In this document: piece by piece, positions 8,778-16,769 of the stretch
How positions within the stretch are numbered: position 1 is the first letter of the stretch
Layout of the letters: each line of letters opens with the position of its first letter
Assembly: GCA_002358975.1 (NCBI GenBank)
Contig: DEPX01000059.1
Coordinates: 15,657-49,784, forward strand
DNA: 34,128 bases
DNA from: Micrococcaceae bacterium UBA3381
Lineage (GTDB): Bacteria; Actinomycetota; Actinomycetes; Actinomycetales; Micrococcaceae
Direction: 5' to 3'
Program-made: the position numbers and the translations under genes
Notes under the pieces: model-generated
What the model saw: only the letters and a program-made list of their open reading frames with translations
Told to the model about the DNA's origin: nothing
Database searches by the model: none

Positions 8778-10643
8778 ATGGCAGGACGCATTACTCGACA
8801 ATCCATCGATAAGGTACTTGAGGCAACGGATCTTAAGGCTGTAGTTGAAGAACACGTTTCTCTGCGAACAGCTGGTATTGGTTCGTATAAAGGGCTCTGC
8901 CCATTCCATGACGAACGCACTCCCTCCTTCCACGTAACTCCAACTAAGGGTTTTTACCATTGTTTCGGCTGTCAAGAATCTGGCGATGCCATTAAATTCC
9001 TGATGGAACTGCAACATACCTCGTTCACGGAAACGGTGGAGATTCTTGCGATGCGAGCCAATGTCCAGTTGGAATATGAAGAAGGTGAAGCACCGGACCG
9101 GGAGGCAACAACTACCCGTCAACGCCTGTTACAGGCCCACCAGATTGCCGATGAATACTATCAACAGGCTCTTGAATCGCCGGCCGGCATGGCCGGCCGA
9201 GAATTCCTGAAGGATAAAGGCTTCACCAAGCAGGATGCTGAGCATTTTGGTATCGGTTATTCGCCATCCGGATGGGGTAATTTGCTCGCTCATTTGCAGC
9301 AGCGTGGATTTTCTCTCGAGGAACTGAAAGAAACAGGACTTTTTTCCGAAGGGCGTCGTGGTCTCTACGACAGATTTCGGAATCGTTTGATGTGGCCAAT
9401 AAAGGATATGACGGGCAATACCATTGGTTATGGTGCTCGGCAGCTAGCAGATGACGATAACGGGCCGAAATATTTGAATACCCCGGAAACCACCCTCTAT
9501 AAGAAATCACGGGTGTTGTACGGGCTGAATTTGGCCAAAAATGAGATCGCTAAGCAACGGCAGCTTGTGGTGGTCGAAGGGTATACCGATGTCATGGCGG
9601 CACATCTTGCTGGAATTACCACCGCTGTAGCTACCTGCGGGACAGCATTTGGTGAAAGCCACGTTCGTATTGCACGACGGCTCATCACCGACGATGGATC
9701 TGGTGGTGAGATTATTTTTACCTTCGATGGTGACGAAGCTGGACAAAAGGCAGCGATGCGTGCCTTCGAATTTGATAACCAAATCGTTGCTAAGACTTTT
9801 GTGGCCGTCGCACCGGAAGGCCAAGACCCCAACGACTTGCGGCAGCTTTACGGTGATGACGCTGTTCGTCGTCTTGTTGATTCCCGTGAGCCCTTATTTG
9901 AATTCGCAATCAAAACGCGATTGAAAGAGTACAACCTAGATTCCGTAGAGGGCCGAACCGGGGCGCTGCACTATGCGGCACCAATCGTTAAAGAGATACG
10001 AGATCCCCTAATGCGCGATGGATATATTCGAGAGCTTGCTGGGTGGCTTGGTATGGATGTTGACGCTGTTCATGGAGCCGTTCAACGTGCTCCAAAGGCC
10101 TCCGAAGCCAAAAGGTCTTATGACAGACAGCACCAGGTACACGATTCGCAGGATACTGAGGCCCAAAATTTTCGGCCTGACCTTCGTGATCCTGTGGCAC
10201 GGATGGAAAAAGAAGCTCTGGAAGTTATTCTCCAACGGCCCGAATCGTTATCTCAGGAACAATGGAGGGCGTTATATACCTCAAAGTTTAAAGTGCCGGT
10301 CTATAGTGCGATACAGACCGCTATTTTGGCTGCCGCACGAAATGCCCAAGATACCTCTAATTGGGTCCAGCACGTAACCTCTGAAGTTCCGCAACCGTTG
10401 TATTCTTTTGTGACAGAACTCGCAGTAGCGCCCTTGCCAGCCTCGAGCGAGGAGGAGGTGATGCGTTACAGCCGCGACATCATGAACCGTCTATTAGAAA
10501 TGCAAATTACTGAGCAAAAAGCTGACCTAATAGGCAGGCTACAACGATGGGACGCACAGCAAGATCCTGAAGGCTTTCAGGCCCTCCAACAGCGACTCGT
10601 TGAGTTAGAAAACCAACGGCGTTTCCTGCGCCCTATCGACTAG
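8778..10643 (+). CDS. dnaG: DNA primase
   Basis: Zn ribbon CPFHDERTPSF..HCFGC, FRNRLMWPI, KYLNTPET, TOPRIM VEGYTDV and FDGDEAG; TAGACT -10 at 8765-8770 suggests a leaderless start at 8778. Confidence 0.97.
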   Translation: MAGRITRQSIDKVLEATDLKAVVEEHVSLRTAGIGSYKGLCPFHDERTPSFHVTPTKGFYHCFGCQESGDAIKFLMELQHTSFTETVEILAMRANVQLEYEEGEAPDREATTTRQRLLQAHQIADEYYQQALESPAGMAGREFLKDKGFTKQDAEHFGIGYSPSGWGNLLAHLQQRGFSLEELKETGLFSEGRRGLYDRFRNRLMWPIKDMTGNTIGYGARQLADDDNGPKYLNTPETTLYKKSRVLYGLNLAKNEIAKQRQLVVVEGYTDVMAAHLAGITTAVATCGTAFGESHVRIARRLITDDGSGGEIIFTFDGDEAGQKAAMRAFEFDNQIVAKTFVAVAPEGQDPNDLRQLYGDDAVRRLVDSREPLFEFAIKTRLKEYNLDSVEGRTGALHYAAPIVKEIRDPLMRDGYIRELAGWLGMDVDAVHGAVQRAPKASEAKRSYDRQHQVHDSQDTEAQNFRPDLRDPVARMEKEALEVILQRPESLSQEQWRALYTSKFKVPVYSAIQTAILAAARNAQDTSNWVQHVTSEVPQPLYSFVTELAVAPLPASSEEEVMRYSRDIMNRLLEMQITEQKADLIGRLQRWDAQQDPEGFQALQQRLVELENQRRFLRPID

Positions 10644-10750
10644 TAAATAGTTCGCGGCAGCAGGAAACGCCGTCACGCCAAGTAATCATTGGCTGGACCT
10701 CAGGGTGTGGAGTGGAGTGTCAATGATCAAGACATCTTTTGGCGTCTAAC

Positions 10751-11125
10751 TTAGACCGCCCATGACACTGCGTTGCCGGCTAATCCCACAAGCGAAGTGG
10801 CATTATCTTCACCAGCACCTTCGATATCGGCACCGTCGTCATCGGATTCCTGATCCATCGGATCTTCATTGGTGTCCTCGTCTGCGGGGTCGTCACCTTC
10901 AGGATCTTCACCTTCAGGGTCTTCGCCCATGGGATCGTCTTCCATGTCGTCCCCATTATCCCCGGTGTCTTCCTGAGCCGGGTCACTCTGCTCCATGTCT
11001 GGTTCCTCAGGTTCTTCTTGCTGAGGTTCGTCATTTCCACCGCAAGCAGTGAAGAGAGCTAGAGCAGCCACGCCCACGAGACCGGTGTACAGCTTGGAAC
11101 GGCTAGAATCAGTTTTCTTAAACAC
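10751..11125 (-). CDS. Small acidic lipoprotein
   Basis: GTG start with AAGGAG RBS, lipobox LFTAC, D/E-rich low-complexity body. Confidence 0.75.
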   Translation of the reverse strand: MFKKTDSSRSKLYTGLVGVAALALFTACGGNDEPQQEEPEEPDMEQSDPAQEDTGDNGDDMEDDPMGEDPEGEDPEGDDPADEDTNEDPMDQESDDDGADIEGAGEDNATSLVGLAGNAVSWAV

Positions 11126-11281
11126 GGCTTAACTCCTTACGTTCGTTCAGCTTTTCGTTCTATCGGTTTTCAAGATGGCCCTGAAGAGGTCCAACTGGTT
11201 ATCGAGTCTACTGATCACATGGCATGATTTGCACCAGCTCTGATTGGTCGATGGGCAAAGAGTTGAGCTGAATTCGTTGAT

Positions 11282-11311
11282 TAGACAATGTAGAAAAAGG
11301 TCTGCTATAGT
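11282..11311 (+). promoter_or_regulatory. Sigma-A-type promoter of tRNA-Asn
   Basis: TAGACA-18 nt-TATAGT with extended TG at 11303-11304. Confidence 0.6.
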
Positions 11312-11326
11312 ATTCTTCTGTTGCCT

Positions 11327-11398
11327 TCCCCCATAGCTCAACGGCAGAGCACTCGACTGTTAATCGAGGGGTTGCTGGTTCGAATCCAGCTGGGGGAG
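11327..11398 (+). tRNA. tRNA-Asn (GTT), no encoded CCA
   Basis: Acceptor TCCCCCA/TGGGGGA, D arm GCTC/GAGC, anticodon arm CTCGA-CTGTTAA-TCGAG, T arm GCTGG-TTCGAAT-CCAGC. Confidence 0.97.
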
Positions 11399-11686
11399 CT
11401 GACCATCACCCTCGTCCCGCATAGCGGGGCGAGGGTGTTTTTCGTTAAGGATTCTCTCCCCTAATAGCTCACTGAGCGTTATGTCCATAACTGCCGCTAT
11501 TTTGATTAACTGTTCAAACGTAAATGGGATCTGACCGCGTAAACGCGCCGAAATCTGTGTTTGAGTAACGCCAATTGCCTGAGCAATATCAACTTGCCTC
11601 AGGCCACGTCTACCCATCCAAGCCCTTACTTCCGAGGCAAGACCAAGGGTGGCTATGTCATGTATTTCGTATGCTGATTGAGTCAT
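11360..11686 (-). CDS. XRE-family immunity repressor whose 3' end overlaps the tRNA antisense
   Basis: HTH LRQVDIAQAIGVTQTQISARLRG; C-terminus LPQLDSNQQPLD is the antisense translation of the tRNA; stop lies in the anticodon loop. Confidence 0.85.
   Translation of the reverse strand: MTQSAYEIHDIATLGLASEVRAWMGRRGLRQVDIAQAIGVTQTQISARLRGQIPFTFEQLIKIAAVMDITLSELLGERILNEKHPRPAMRDEGDGQLPQLDSNQQPLD
11407..11442 (+). terminator. Intrinsic terminator after tRNA-Asn, embedded antisense in the repressor CDS
   Basis: 14-bp stem CACCCTCGTCCCGC-ATA-GCGGGGCGAGGGTG (one G-U pair) followed by TTTTT. Confidence 0.85.
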
Positions 11687-11797
11687 GCCCCCTACGATAG
11701 CATCTTGACGATAAATGTAGCGGCTGAATAGATAAACTTACTTCACACGCGCTACTTGTTCTTGCCACTGTAGCGTCTCAGCCGCTACGGTAAAGGC
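11687..11797. promoter_or_regulatory. Divergent promoter/operator switch region
   Basis: Inverted 11-mer GTAGCGGCTGA (11717-11727) / TCAGCCGCTAC (11778-11788); TTGCCA-18-TACGGT 6 nt before ATG 11798; minus-strand TGC-TATCGT 7 nt before the repressor ATG. Confidence 0.65.
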
Positions 11798-12052
11798 ATG
11801 AGCTATACAGATCAATTGAGAGCGAATGTAGTCTCTCACCTTTCAAAAAGAGAAATGAGCCAAGCAGTTGCAGGGGAGTCGCTGGATTTACGCCAGAATT
11901 CACTCTCTGCCCGCCTTTATGGGAAAACAGATTTTCGACTCAAAGAACTCTTGATACTGGCAGAACTTTTCGGCATTTCAATTCATGATTTGTTGAACGG
12001 TGTCGAGGAAGAGTTCTTGAACCGGGGGCTTGCAGAGGGGGTGGCAAGCTAA
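11798..12052 (+). CDS. Cro-like XRE HTH protein
   Basis: MSQAVAGESLDLRQNSLSARLYGKTDFRLKEL; divergent from the repressor. Confidence 0.82.
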   Translation: MSYTDQLRANVVSHLSKREMSQAVAGESLDLRQNSLSARLYGKTDFRLKELLILAELFGISIHDLLNGVEEEFLNRGLAEGVAS

Positions 12053-12912
12053 TGAATTCACCAATTCAGGAATGCGAACAAGGGGCTTCAGTAAATCTCT
12101 CTTCGGCAGCTGCTCGGGAAGTTACTGACAAGATTCGAGCTGGGTTAGAAGGTGTGCACCAGTTAATTATTCAGGCTTATCAGGGTCGTGCGTGGTCCTC
12201 GCTGGGATATCTGACTTGGGATGAGTATGTTCGCCGGGAGTTTGGGAACCAATCTCTGCGACCTCCTTTGGAGGAGCGAGACCAGGTGGTGCAGTCTCTG
12301 CGCGATAGCGGCATGAGTGTCCGCGCCATTGCAACTGCTACACAGTTAGGCCGGGGAACAGTCGGTCGAGTGCTTGATGATTCAGGTGTCCCAAATGGGA
12401 CACCTGAACAAGCTGGATCAGATACTGCCAAAGTCCTTGGCATAGATGGCAAAGAGTATTCGTCCCGCAAACCCTCATTTTCACCTCCAGTGAACAGTCC
12501 TGATTCGGGCGTGTTGGATGCTGTGTTGGACGCTCCAGCTGAAGACGTCGGCGTGAAGGTTTTGGATTCCGAATCAATTGGACAGAAGCGTAGTGATCAG
12601 GCCGAGAAAGTGCTGTCTGAATTTCATGGCAGCGATGTTGCTGTGTTGCCTAAAACCATGTTTCTGGCAGAAAAAATCGGTGCGTTGGTTTCACCGGTGA
12701 GTGGAGACATTGATGTTGACGCGACAGCTTATGCGGATGTTGCCAAAGATATTGCTGCTGCCTTGCGTCAATTTGCTTGGGTAGCCAAAACGTTGGCAGG
12801 TGCTGACGTCGAATTTGAGAACCGGCAATTGCTTGCAGTGGTTATCGATGATTTGCGTTTCGCTGACGATTATCTGCAGGTCACCGTTTCGGAGATGGAG
12901 GAGAAGAAATAG
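12052..12912 (+). CDS. Phage-like HTH DNA-binding protein
   Basis: RAWSSLGYLTWDEYVRREFG region plus HTH GMSVRAIATATQLGRGTVGR; start overlaps the upstream stop. Confidence 0.7.
   Translation: MNSPIQECEQGASVNLSSAAAREVTDKIRAGLEGVHQLIIQAYQGRAWSSLGYLTWDEYVRREFGNQSLRPPLEERDQVVQSLRDSGMSVRAIATATQLGRGTVGRVLDDSGVPNGTPEQAGSDTAKVLGIDGKEYSSRKPSFSPPVNSPDSGVLDAVLDAPAEDVGVKVLDSESIGQKRSDQAEKVLSEFHGSDVAVLPKTMFLAEKIGALVSPVSGDIDVDATAYADVAKDIAAALRQFAWVAKTLAGADVEFENRQLLAVVIDDLRFADDYLQVTVSEMEEKK
12381..12408. repeat. Perfect 13-bp inverted repeat inside the HTH gene
   Basis: TTCAGGTGTCCCA-AA-TGGGACACCTGAA. Confidence 0.85.
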
Positions 12913-14012
12913 TGCATTCCACTGAAATACATAGCAATGGTCATACTCCCGCGAAAACTGATGCAGATCTTAACGAAGCGGTGCCCCCAGCAATGCGGGT
13001 AGCTGAGGGCACCTGGGCGACAGATCAACATAGCAAGCAGTCTGTCACAGATGAGTTTAGCACTCCCGGTACGAGAGCTACTGCTGCAAAGTCCAAGCGA
13101 ATTAATCCCGATTCAGGGCTATTCATCCGTGTCGTTATGGGCGGCGTCATGGTGGCAGGACTTGTTGCTTTTGCGATTAGTTTCGTTTCTTTATATCAGG
13201 TCGCTGAGTGGTTAGGTCTGCCGCCATGGATGTGGTGGGCTGTTCCTACTTTTATTGATCTAGCTATTTTGGTCTATGCCGGACTTGTCCTCGTACACCA
13301 AGCACGTGGTGAAAGAACCTGGCCCTCATGGTTGGCGCTGGGCGCATTTACTTTATTGAGTGTGATTGCCAACTCTGCCCACGCGTTGAGTCATGGCCAT
13401 GATGCTGCTTGGCAGGCATACGTTGCCGTCCTTATCGCCGCGATGGTTCCTGTAGCGATTTTTGTTGCAACTGAGCAATTATCACGTGTCGCTATTGAAG
13501 ATCTGAACTCACGGAAGTCTGAGATTCAAGAACAGGTCGAGCTTGAAGTGTTCGAGGCGGAGCAGCAGCAACGACGTGATGAGATTGCCTTCGAGCGGGA
13601 GCAACAACAACGTGAACGTGAGCAGCAACGGTTGCGTGCTCAATGGAACACAGAGGTTGAACAGACTCGCCATGAGCAAGCCTTAGCGTCCCTCCAGGCA
13701 GAGCCACAGACCGTGAATAGTGAGCAGCAAAAGCAGCCTGCAGCATCCACACAGCAGAGCAGTGTGGTTACAGCCAAACAGCCTGTGAAGAAGCCCAGCA
13801 ATGATGATGACCTGTTGGCATTTGTCCAAGAACAAGTCGCTGAAGGTGTTGAGGTAACTGGGGCAATGGTGGCTGAATTTCTCGACGTATCTGCACGTAC
13901 CGGACGGCGGCGAATTAAAGACTTACAAGAATCCCATCCAGAGCTTTTTGCACCGGATGACCGTAACGATGTAGAGCAAACTGCACACACAGTGGTGGTA
14001 GACGATGAGTAA
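12912..14012 (+). CDS. DUF2637/SpdA-like membrane protein with coiled coil and C-terminal HTH
   Basis: Four hydrophobic segments with AFAISF..L, P.FID, SVIANSAH; Q/E/R coiled coil; terminal TGAMVAEFLDVSARTGRRRI. Confidence 0.7.
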   Translation: MHSTEIHSNGHTPAKTDADLNEAVPPAMRVAEGTWATDQHSKQSVTDEFSTPGTRATAAKSKRINPDSGLFIRVVMGGVMVAGLVAFAISFVSLYQVAEWLGLPPWMWWAVPTFIDLAILVYAGLVLVHQARGERTWPSWLALGAFTLLSVIANSAHALSHGHDAAWQAYVAVLIAAMVPVAIFVATEQLSRVAIEDLNSRKSEIQEQVELEVFEAEQQQRRDEIAFEREQQQREREQQRLRAQWNTEVEQTRHEQALASLQAEPQTVNSEQQKQPAASTQQSSVVTAKQPVKKPSNDDDLLAFVQEQVAEGVEVTGAMVAEFLDVSARTGRRRIKDLQESHPELFAPDDRNDVEQTAHTVVVDDE

Positions 14013-15321
14013 TGAAGCACTGACTTGGGCCAAGATTGTTTCGCATGAGATGGCAAGTCGATATGAGCATTTCGAGACTGCCGCTGAGGAAGCTGGCGAG
14101 AAGAAGCCGAAGAACCCCTATACGGGGACACCGCACGCGGTGCTGTGGGTGTTGGCGGATTATGCCAATGAGGATTGGCGGTGCTGGCCGTTGCATTCGA
14201 CGCTGGCACGGGACTTAGGCGGCGTTTCTACTCGCACCATTGTCCGAGCAATCAAGACGCTAGAAGAGTTCAACCTCGTTTCGAAAGTGCATTACACCAC
14301 TGAGACAGGGTCCCGGGCCGGTAGCGTGTTTCAGCTGCATGTGGAGACCTTGGATGCACTAGAGCAAGAAAACCGGAAGATGGGTATTCCTGAAAACGGA
14401 CGACGGTTTGGACGGTCGCGGAAACTAGCAAATACGTGCGGTGACAATTTGTCACGTAGGCGGCAGAAGGCAATAGAAGACTGCGGTGACAATTTGTCAC
14501 TTGGGGATGAGACCCCAGTAAATACGTGCGGTGACAATTTGTCACTTAGGGAGCCTAAGCGACAAAAACGACAGGACCTAAGTGACAATTACGACATTTC
14601 GGCCCAGGTGCCTTTAAAGGATCACGCGCGGATTAACCATCATCATCAATCATCAGACGCGCGAGACGCGACGATCGATGATGACGATGATGACCAGAAA
14701 TTCTATCGGCGGGTGAATCTTCAGCAGCTGATCGAAGAAGTGCCGGGGTTATCTGGCTACGCCGGTCAGCTTGGTCTGATTTGTGGTGCCATCGATGTGG
14801 TGCTGAATCGGGCCAGCGGCAGGATCGCTAATCCGACAGCATATCTTCGTCGGGCGTTATCCGAGGACTTATACGGCGTGCTCGGATCGGTTCCAGACTC
14901 TTCGATGCTCATGGGCAAGCCAATGCGCACACCATCGCCTTCGTCGATATGGTTTGATCCACTCTCGTTTGAGCCAGCTACTGAACAACGCCTCAGTGTG
15001 GTTGATCGCAAGCAGGAGTATCTGGGGTTGTCGTCCAACGAAAGCTCTGGTGCCAACCAAGATCTGTCGGTACCGTCCCTGGAAACCCTGTCCCACGGTG
15101 ATGTTCCGTGTACCAATCTTGATCATTTGAACAATTACGAGATGAGTAATCGGCAACTGGCTAACTGCAATCACTGTCGAGTTGAACAACAAACTGCCGA
15201 TGAGGACCACTACCCACATATCGCCAACGCAACAGCAGCTCAAATCGGTGCTTTACCGCCGCGATTGCAACGCTGGGTTGAGCAGTTTCGCGACGGTGAG
15301 CCTGTAGGGGACCAAGACTAG
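14005..15321 (+). CDS. Phage-type replication initiator (N-terminal winged HTH, internal iterons)
   Basis: VLWVLADYANEDWRCWPLHSTLARDLGGVSTRTIVRAIKTLEEFNLV; NPTAYLRRAL; C-terminal C..H..CxxC; DNA repeats in the linker. Confidence 0.72.
   Translation: MSNEALTWAKIVSHEMASRYEHFETAAEEAGEKKPKNPYTGTPHAVLWVLADYANEDWRCWPLHSTLARDLGGVSTRTIVRAIKTLEEFNLVSKVHYTTETGSRAGSVFQLHVETLDALEQENRKMGIPENGRRFGRSRKLANTCGDNLSRRRQKAIEDCGDNLSLGDETPVNTCGDNLSLREPKRQKRQDLSDNYDISAQVPLKDHARINHHHQSSDARDATIDDDDDDQKFYRRVNLQQLIEEVPGLSGYAGQLGLICGAIDVVLNRASGRIANPTAYLRRALSEDLYGVLGSVPDSSMLMGKPMRTPSPSSIWFDPLSFEPATEQRLSVVDRKQEYLGLSSNESSGANQDLSVPSLETLSHGDVPCTNLDHLNNYEMSNRQLANCNHCRVEQQTADEDHYPHIANATAAQIGALPPRLQRWVEQFRDGEPVGDQD
14437..14596. 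repeat. Iteron-like array, probable origin
   Basis: TGCGGTGACAATTTGTCAC x3 at 14437, 14482 and 14527 (45-bp period), then CCTAAGYGACAAWWACGACA x2 at 14554 and 14577. Confidence 0.85.
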
Positions 15322-15356
15322 AAACGGCGTAGCCAGCAGAAGGGGCATACTCAAAA

Positions 15357-16220
15357 ATGCGGGGAAATCAGTCCGAGCAGTTGTCCGAAGATGAACACCT
15401 TTTCAAAGAACAATTATCTGACGTCGTTGGCAGACTGTATCCAGTGATTGCATCACAGTTAGGCAACTTTGCTACTGAAGATGATATTGCTGACGTGGCC
15501 CAAGCAACCTGGGAATCGGCCTGGCGGTCTAGGAATAATTACGATCCCAACAAAGGACCATTACATCCGTGGGTCGTGACCATTGCGCGATATCGAGCAA
15601 TCGATTTATTCAATGCCAAAGTCACAGACATAGAGCACCAGCAATGGGATCAACACTTGGCACGTGCTGGTGATCGTAGCGATCCAGTGTTCGCAGTAGA
15701 AGCTACAGACCATGCTGACGGTGTTATTGACTCGTTGGATGCTTCTCATCAAATCACCCAGATATTGCGAGTCGTCGAAGACGTGATTCAGAACCGGGCA
15801 TCCACTGCCAGAGGGCTGTCGCTAATCATGATTTTCGATGATGATCTGGAGCTAGCGTCCAGAACGTTGGGCCTGGGCGAGGATGTCTTGCGACGGGCAC
15901 GCCGCGAATTAATCATGTGTTGTCAGGTCGTGGCCAATGCCAAACACACCGCCGAGATCGATGATGGCAGAGTGACCCTTAGGATGTTGTTGGAGTGCTT
16001 GCCATCAATGACTGAGGCCGGGGACTGGACTCGCCAACTGACGCTTGCTGTGGCGACCGCTGGGGGATTTGACCAAGTCACGATCGATCATGTGATGGAC
16101 GTAACCGGGTACTCATACAACACCGCCCGGCAATACTTAGTGCAATCGCAGCACCTGATTCAAGTCGCTGCAACGGCCATTCATCGATTCAGATCGCAAG
16201 AACGCTCGTTGTCTGGGTGA
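15357..16220 (+). CDS. ECF-like sigma-70 factor with C-terminal extension
   Basis: Region 2: ADVAQATWESAWRSRNNYDPNKGPLHPWVVTIARYRAIDL; divergent region 4 and an extra HTH-like tail. Confidence 0.75.
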   Translation: MRGNQSEQLSEDEHLFKEQLSDVVGRLYPVIASQLGNFATEDDIADVAQATWESAWRSRNNYDPNKGPLHPWVVTIARYRAIDLFNAKVTDIEHQQWDQHLARAGDRSDPVFAVEATDHADGVIDSLDASHQITQILRVVEDVIQNRASTARGLSLIMIFDDDLELASRTLGLGEDVLRRARRELIMCCQVVANAKHTAEIDDGRVTLRMLLECLPSMTEAGDWTRQLTLAVATAGGFDQVTIDHVMDVTGYSYNTARQYLVQSQHLIQVAATAIHRFRSQERSLSG

Positions 16221-16248
16221 CACACAAATACATTCGTTAGCTCGAACT
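16217..16248 (+). promoter_or_regulatory. Candidate promoter for the element-encoded sigma factor (copy 1)
   Basis: GTGACACACAA-N16-GAACT upstream of ORF 16288. Confidence 0.5.
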
Positions 16249-16287
16249 GGTGGTAGATGATCACGGACAACGAGGACAGATACCACC

Positions 16288-16662
16288 ATGACTCAGGATA
16301 AGAACTCACCCCGCACAGATGCGCGTGAAGTCACTGATGAACAAACAGATACGACTGAAGCACCGTCACAGGAGCAACGACAACACGATGTTGATGCTGC
16401 TGTAACGCGAATGTTGGCAACCATGTCGTCACGGCAACGTCGCAAACAGTTGCGTACCTATCGAAAACAGGCTCGACGAGAAAAGTGGCGTCTTTACCGC
16501 GAGAACTGGGTCGATCAACAAGTCGATCGTCCGCTACCGGACACAGTTGAAAGCAAATTACCGTCTTGGACTCATACCAATGGTGGCCGGTTAGCGATTA
16601 TCGGGATGGGTCTGATCGTGGTGCTGCTTTGGACGCTGCTGGTCGTCTTGCTCATCGTGTGA
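16288..16662 (+). CDS. Hypothetical protein with C-terminal membrane anchor
   Basis: GAGGA RBS; basic central region; hydrophobic C-terminus. Confidence 0.7.
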   Translation: MTQDKNSPRTDAREVTDEQTDTTEAPSQEQRQHDVDAAVTRMLATMSSRQRRKQLRTYRKQARREKWRLYRENWVDQQVDRPLPDTVESKLPSWTHTNGGRLAIIGMGLIVVLLWTLLVVLLIV

Positions 16663-16690
16663 CATACAACTTTCAAGTGTTGGCAGAACT
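16659..16690 (+). promoter_or_regulatory. Candidate promoter for the element-encoded sigma factor (copy 2)
   Basis: GTGACATACAA-N16-GAACT upstream of the transfer operon. Confidence 0.5.
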
Positions 16691-16769
16691 ATCAGTGCGG
16701 TGGCCAGCCACGAGGCACCGATAGCCACCGAATCTTCAGTACCGGTACAGCAATGAAGGAGAACAGCAG

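Noticed and set aside
8628..9122. 164-aa minus-strand ORF
   Set aside because: Antisense to the dnaG zinc-binding domain and promoter
14437..14545. Regularly spaced palindromic repeats resembling a mini-CRISPR array
   Set aside because: Repeats are only 19 bp, lie in frame inside a long CDS, flanks are partly repeated, and no cas genes are present; iterons fit better
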